Below are positions 61,701-64,000 of a stretch of 64,000 nucleotides of DNA, one piece after another. The notes under the pieces are model-generated. The model was not told where the DNA came from and searched no databases. It saw only the letters and a list, made by a program, of their open reading frames with translations. Each line of letters begins with the position of its first letter. Within the stretch, counting starts at the first letter, position 1. The DNA comes from Tubiluchus corallicola (lineage: Eukaryota; Animalia; Priapulida), in the NCBI GenBank assembly GCA_030141605.1, contig JAQGDQ010000333.1, positions 186,001 through 250,000 on the forward strand, written 5' to 3'. The translations under genes were made by a program, and so were the position numbers.

Positions 61701-62951
61701 TGTCTGGAACAGATGCGAAACAAGATTCCGAACTTAAACATGAGCTATTATGTAAATATGAAGACAGTAGAGCGAATACATCAGGTATGCAGTCTTGTTA
61801 GCATAGTAAGAGCTTAATAGCAAAACAAAATATGCAGTTGTACATAGTTAATTAAGGATGTCACTCTCATGATGAAGAAAGATAACAGTGCAACTTCTGA
61901 CATTATTTTTGTGTAAAATTGAAAAGAAATGTTGCCACATTATTATTATTTGTGGAAAACCAGGTTTATTTTTCTGAGCCTATTTTTCTATTGGAGTGGG
62001 AGATTCAGTGCTACAACTTGAACTTAGCTTGTAATAAAGTCTAATTCTTTAAGGTAAAGTACTGAACTGGCAGATGTTTCTTAGCCTTTTTTACATATAA
62101 TATATTCTCCCCGAACACGAGAAAAGTAGATGGTCAACTTTGTGGGGGAAACTTTGCAGAATGACTTTTGAGTCAAGCTGTCATCCATTCATTAAAGATC
62201 AGGTTTTGCCCTGCTCAACTTGAAATGCTAAGCATACACTGTAAGCATTTAACCAGTGCCAGTCATTCCAGGTAGATTATTACAAAAGATTTATGATGTC
62301 GAAAAAACCTATAAGACAGTTTGAAAGTAGTCAAAAATAGTCTTGTATTATTCAAAGAAACTAGCCTCAAAATATATAATAATTGGCTTCACTTTGAGTG
62401 GTTTGCAGTTCAGCTACAATTTGTAGATGATGGCTTGATTTCACGCATTCTCAGATGCAACCAAATGAGAATTCATGTAACAATAACCAGTTCTTTTATA
62501 AAAGGTGATTTTTGACATTTAAAAAAAAGAAAAAAGTATTTTATATTTGAAAAGTGACATGTATGTAGTGTTTTAGATTTAGAACAACCGAACCATGTGA
62601 AAAATTTATAAAGAAAGTTTGTCCATTTGGTTACCATCCTATAATGCTTTCTCTTTTTTGTTATTAGATGTAACCACATTATGAATAAAATAGTGCATAA
62701 AGCATCATTAGTAGCACAGTTTATAACACTTCTGTCACCATGTACCAAAGTATTATTAAAATCTAACAAAATTACAGCATCTTGATGTACGTTGCTTGCT
62801 GAAGAATATACATTCATTCACTTAACGATTTGTTTAATAATTTCAGCTATTAGACATACCATTGAGAAAGTCTGTCGAGGATCATGGTGATGACGAGTAT
62901 GACGAAGTTGAAGAACAAGTGGAGGGAGACATGAACTATGGCGATGTCTAG
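13638..62951 (+). CDS. IFT140: Intraflagellar transport protein 140 homolog, 31 coding exons, about 1481 aa (WD40 N-terminus, TPR-like C-terminus)
   Basis: Recognisable IFT140 peptides: [86 protein letters not shown]. The exon chain sums to 4446 nt with consistent phases. Confidence 0.97.
14397..14618 (+). CDS. IFT140: IFT140 coding exon 2
   Basis: [12 protein letters not shown]...[13 protein letters not shown]; AG/GT boundaries. Confidence 0.92.
15050..15180 (+). CDS. IFT140: IFT140 coding exon 3
   Basis: [14 protein letters not shown]; AG/GT boundaries. Confidence 0.9.
15860..16595 (-). mobile_element. pogo/Tigger-like MITE, copy 1 (736 bp)
   Basis: TA TSD, CAGTAA...TTACTG TIRs; inverted homolog of 32343-33082 and 35924-36659. 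Confidence 0.88.
16991..17124 (+). CDS. IFT140: IFT140 coding exon 4
   Basis: [20 protein letters not shown]; AG/GT boundaries. Confidence 0.92.
17949..18124 (+). CDS. IFT140: IFT140 coding exon 5
   Basis: [11 protein letters not shown]...; AG/GT boundaries. Confidence 0.9.
19467..19619. repeat. Imperfect inverted repeat (about 55-bp arms) containing a CTGATGA...GAAA core
   Basis: Arm 19467-19519 is the diverged reverse complement of 19561-19619. Confidence 0.75.
20083..20171 (+). CDS. IFT140: IFT140 coding exon 6
   Basis: [26 protein letters not shown]. Confidence 0.92.
20660..20766 (+). CDS. IFT140: IFT140 coding exon 7
   Basis: [12 protein letters not shown]. Confidence 0.92.
20925..21227. 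mobile_element. Small Tigger-like MITE (about 300 bp)
   Basis: TA-CAGGTAGTCATCAACTTA ... TAAGTTGACGCCTACTTG degenerate TIRs with CTTA(C/T)GAC subterminal motifs. Confidence 0.65.
22986..23119 (+). CDS. IFT140: IFT140 coding exon 8
   Basis: [14 protein letters not shown]. Confidence 0.9.
23277..23366 (+). CDS. IFT140: IFT140 coding exon 9
   Basis: [11 protein letters not shown]. Confidence 0.9.
23581..23770 (+). CDS. IFT140: IFT140 coding exon 10
   Basis: VAAVQISP...WNGKKV. Confidence 0.92.
24127..24218 (+). CDS. IFT140: IFT140 coding exon 11
   Basis: ...[12 protein letters not shown]. Confidence 0.92.
24364..24491 (+). CDS. IFT140: IFT140 coding exon 12
   Basis: [16 protein letters not shown]...KVWDLSR. 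Confidence 0.93.
24664..24781 (+). CDS. IFT140: IFT140 coding exon 13
   Basis: EARLHVNPK...[10 protein letters not shown]. Confidence 0.9.
24950..25860. repeat. Unclassified interspersed repeat with internal GGGGTCACC..AAAGG..ATC subrepeats
   Basis: Three diverged GG(G/T)GTCACC...ATC units and two GGTCGTTGAC / AACCTTTGCATAA blocks. No clear termini. Confidence 0.45.
27751..28398. mobile_element. hAT-type MITE (648 bp)
   Basis: TAGGGATG...CATCCCTG termini; 8-bp TSD TTTAGTAT/TTTAGTAG; clustered GGATC subterminal motifs. Confidence 0.85.
28558..28700 (+). CDS. IFT140: IFT140 coding exon 14
   Basis: [19 protein letters not shown]. Confidence 0.9.
29080..29464. repeat. Tandem duplication, two copies, period 190 bp, containing a LINE RT scrap
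   Basis: One mismatch seen between copies. The unit encodes [17 protein letters not shown], resembling LINE RT. Confidence 0.9.
31576..31759 (+). CDS. IFT140: IFT140 coding exon 15
   Basis: [21 protein letters not shown]. Confidence 0.92.
31948..32079 (+). CDS. IFT140: IFT140 coding exon 16
   Basis: [16 protein letters not shown]...[11 protein letters not shown]. Confidence 0.92.
32343..33082 (+). mobile_element. pogo/Tigger-like MITE, copy 2 (740 bp)
   Basis: TA-CAGTAAGTCCTCGCTTAATGA ... TCATTAAGCGAGGACTTGTTG. Confidence 0.88.
33305..33549 (+). CDS. IFT140: IFT140 coding exon 17
   Basis: MRDFVGLE...[15 protein letters not shown]. Confidence 0.92.
34023..34200 (+). CDS. IFT140: IFT140 coding exon 18
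   Basis: [37 protein letters not shown]. Confidence 0.95.
34801..34884 (+). CDS. IFT140: IFT140 coding exon 19
   Basis: [21 protein letters not shown]. Confidence 0.93.
35296..35402 (+). CDS. IFT140: IFT140 coding exon 20
   Basis: [17 protein letters not shown]. Confidence 0.93.
35924..36659 (+). mobile_element. pogo/Tigger-like MITE, copy 3 (736 bp)
   Basis: TA-CAGTAAGTCCTCGCTTAAC ... GTTAAGTGAGGAACTG-TA. Confidence 0.88.
36969..37067 (+). CDS. IFT140: IFT140 coding exon 21
   Basis: [15 protein letters not shown]. Confidence 0.93.
40131..41234 (-). CDS. Intronless class A (rhodopsin-like) orphan GPCR, 367 aa from first ATG, nested in IFT140 intron 21
   Basis: Seven hydrophobic segments. 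TM1 LNLLVI, TM2 [11 protein letters not shown]3 TYDRH, TM7 NSLVNPIIY, helix 8 EFRTCF. N-terminal NGS/NET glycosylation sites. The track start at 41276 is GTG; the first ATG is at 41234. Confidence 0.95.
   Translation of the reverse strand: MESKIAISRNGSFGISYSKETNETEAKPDDTNFEAKSYDLLKANGEIIIIVPIGVLTIFLNLLVIIAIGKFKKLQTFTNKFLACLAITDLISGFLAPVVTMSLMIHPKTEVGFCSFFAFFSMFCVISTLGNLMLVTYDRHLAMTKPIIYKQLMTANKFYKLILFCISYSILLSIFTVLQIFFSWSNENQCIVDYVVWPWFILCLAAHYPIALSYMMFTYTKVIQTARNHAVKRRNNANVRVLSIAQLKATWMTAIIISTSMALICPHILHMILVGLTRNEYQTLNNIRTLALTANSLVNPIIYVLQNQEFRTCFRKLLCRDNSNAINDVRSSSNMQHGGPLHDTASKNLEKQTTTVAVLPTLSSAHT
41233..41246 (-). promoter_or_regulatory. X-box-like motif GTTACCACGGAAAT overlapping the GPCR start codon
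   Basis: One strong RFX half-site (GTTACC) with an imperfect second half. Confidence 0.3.
41402..41411 (-). promoter_or_regulatory. Candidate TATA box of the nested GPCR
   Basis: TATAAATAAG about 170 bp upstream of the ATG. Weak evidence in AT-rich DNA. Confidence 0.35.
43448..43580 (+). CDS. IFT140: IFT140 coding exon 22
   Basis: [15 protein letters not shown]...[11 protein letters not shown]. Confidence 0.95.
44198..44341 (+). CDS. IFT140: IFT140 coding exon 23
   Basis: [18 protein letters not shown]...AIHFFTRA. Confidence 0.95.
45204..45383 (+). mobile_element. PIF/Harbinger transposase N-terminal remnant
   Basis: [58 protein letters not shown] fits the ELR..D...F.NY.R.....FD.LL....P.I.K pattern of Harbinger nucleases. 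Contains an in-frame stop. Confidence 0.7.
45934..46062 (+). CDS. IFT140: IFT140 coding exon 24
   Basis: [22 protein letters not shown]...AVMLYHK. Confidence 0.95.
46851..47446. repeat. 60-bp minisatellite, about 10 copies
   Basis: Unit CATCATTAAAATAATGACAAAGCTCACGTTATTAGCCTACATCATGATGACGCAACTTGT, in register with the 60-nt lines. Confidence 0.97.
48914..49958 (-). CDS. Two-exon GNAT-family N-acyltransferase (YitH/HolE-like tandem GNAT architecture), 294 aa, nested in IFT140 intron 24
   Basis: Exons 49958-49796 and 49635-48914, joined by a phase-1 GTAAGT...TTTTATAG intron. Acetyl-CoA motif A VRRQGIG and MYERFGF. C-terminal KIAPLYGD motif. AATAAA at 48863-48868 on the minus strand. Confidence 0.9.
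50890..51200 (-). repeat. Interspersed repeat related to 59440-59740
   Basis: Reverse complement matches TTATTTTT..GCCCACCGGGA...CCTCCAAAA..TTTTGCAAAA..TACCTCTTATTTCT...TTCCCGG. Confidence 0.7.
53713..53895 (+). CDS. IFT140: IFT140 coding exon 25
   Basis: [12 protein letters not shown]...QIDKAVDML. Confidence 0.93.
54225..54425 (+). CDS. IFT140: IFT140 coding exon 26 (ends at GC donor)
   Basis: [16 protein letters not shown]; the frame requires AAG/GCAGGT. Confidence 0.88.
55137..55349 (+). CDS. IFT140: IFT140 coding exon 27
   Basis: [35 protein letters not shown]. Confidence 0.95.
55870..56760 (-). mobile_element. Degenerate LINE RT fragment
   Basis: [42 protein letters not shown] and FADDGT motifs. 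Boundaries approximate. Confidence 0.8.
57804..57970 (+). CDS. IFT140: IFT140 coding exon 28
   Basis: [23 protein letters not shown]. Confidence 0.95.
58030..58600 (+). mobile_element. Degenerate RTE-like RT fragment
   Basis: [20 protein letters not shown] and CADDIA motifs with stops. Confidence 0.75.
58753..58766. promoter_or_regulatory. Consensus RFX X-box GTAACCATGGCAAC in IFT140 intron 28
   Basis: Full match to GTNRCC-AT-RGYAAC; weaker half-sites at 58724-58750. Confidence 0.5.
59384..59408. repeat. (TA)n microsatellite
   Basis: Seen directly. Confidence 0.9.
59409..59940 (+). repeat. GC-richer interspersed repeat, probable non-autonomous DNA transposon, related to 50890-51200
   Basis: Homology to the inverted copy; begins right after the (TA)n run; termini are only weakly inverted. 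Confidence 0.55.
60195..60525. repeat. GT-rich low-complexity (TGTGG/TGG)n tract
   Basis: Seen directly. Confidence 0.9.
60776..60917 (+). CDS. IFT140: IFT140 coding exon 29
   Basis: [24 protein letters not shown]. Confidence 0.93.
61156..61560. mobile_element. hAT-type MITE (405 bp)
   Basis: TAGGGTTGCCAG...CTGGTAACCCTA TIRs; decayed TSD. Confidence 0.75.
61692..61784 (+). CDS. IFT140: IFT140 coding exon 30
   Basis: [22 protein letters not shown]. Confidence 0.92.
62847..62951 (+). CDS. IFT140: IFT140 coding exon 31 (terminal, acidic tail)
   Basis: [34 protein letters not shown]; TTTCAG acceptor. Confidence 0.88.
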   Translation, partial: LLDIPLRKSVEDHGDDEYDEVEEQVEGDMNYGDV

Positions 62952-63373
62952 ATACTGTCTGGCAACATGTAACAAAAACACCAGTATTTGTACTTGCAAT
63001 TCAACCCAATCATGTTTTGTTTTAATTTTTTTCTATTGGGTCAAATGTGTGATAATTAACTATGTCACTTATACTAAGAGATATTTTGTATTGTTTGTAT
63101 AAATATTTATAGAAAAAATATGTCCTATTTCATCATAAATGATTCTGTCGGCACACGTCACTGCTGCTTGATCATATCATAACAGACGTTAGAACAAGTC
63201 TTCAAAATTATTTAGGAAATTTAAATGCTAAACTGTTCAAATTGTTTAGTAATATGTTTTTAGTCTTGTATAAACATAATTTTTGGTGTTGTTTCAGATT
63301 AAGAGCCACTGGCTTAAGCGCAACTTTTGTGACGTGCTGTCAATATTAATGCTAACACCAGGATGGCATTAGG

Positions 63374-63848
63374 CTGTAGCGGATAGCCCTATAGGCTGAA
63401 GCCTAAGGCCCGGGATCAAAAGGGGCCAGGCAAAATAAAACGAAAAAAATTTTTTTTTGTAAAAAAAAAATAAATTGACAAAAGAGCAAGGGGCTCTTTT
63501 TTTTCAAAAGTCAGTCACTATATTTCAAATCGGGTTTACACAAATCAAGTTTACACAATTTAAGTTTACACAATTCAAGTTTACACAATTTAAGTTTACA
63601 CAATTCACGTTTACACAGTTTAAGTTTAAGTTCAAAATTTCAGTTTCCGAATTTTTCTGGGGGCAAAGTCATTTATAATTTCTAAAAAGTCCATTTTATC
63701 ACAATCGGTGGGCAAAAACTCACAAAATTAAACAAACTTATAAACGACGAGAGCTCCACAAAAACACGTCAGCTCAGCAGTGTAGCAACATTTAAAAGGC
63801 CCGTTCCAAGCTCAAGCCTAAGGCCCATAAAATCATAATCCGCCGCTG
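63374..63848. mobile_element. hAT-type MITE (475 bp) with an internal 15-bp tandem array
   Basis: Perfect 8-bp TSD GCATTAGG (63366-63373, 63849-63856). TIRs CTGTAGCGGAT / CAGCGGCGGAT. Direct repeat AAGCCTAAGGCCC. About six GTTTACACAATTYAA units at about 63534-63623. Confidence 0.88.
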
Positions 63849-64000
63849 GCATTAGGAGTCACTTGTAGTTTTTAACTTAGCAATTTGCAAAACAACGTAC
63901 AATAATATTAAATGGCCACTATTTAATGTTCAGTGAAAATCCATTAATTTAAATCTAATTAAGTGTATACTGAACATAAATGCTGCATGTAATACAGTCT

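Noticed and set aside
1-64000. Prokaryotic defence, retron or operon-type system built on the RT fragments
   Set aside because: Spliceosomal exon-intron structure throughout; all RT pieces are decayed eukaryotic non-LTR retrotransposons.

Overview
AT-rich animal (invertebrate) genomic DNA, not prokaryotic. Most of the window is one complete + strand gene, IFT140 (intraflagellar transport complex A). I reconstructed 31 coding exons by hand from 13638 to 62951 (4446 nt, about 1481 aa); all intron phases are consistent if one intron uses a GC donor. Two opposite-strand genes are nested in its large introns: an intronless class A GPCR (intron 21) and a two-exon GNAT acyltransferase (intron 24). 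The first 13 kb and many introns are filled with transposon debris: RTE-like and CR1-like LINEs, a solo LTR, two TTAA-targeting TIR elements, pogo/Tigger-like and hAT MITEs, a Harbinger remnant and tandem repeats. Most interesting: a MITE family present three times in this ciliary gene whose consensus carries a perfect palindromic RFX X-box; further X-boxes in intron 28 and over the nested GPCR start codon; a GC-AG intron with a competing frameshifting GT; a 2.7 kb TTAA element whose empty site is preserved in the same window; and a hammerhead-like inverted repeat. All calls were made by eye, with no database searches.
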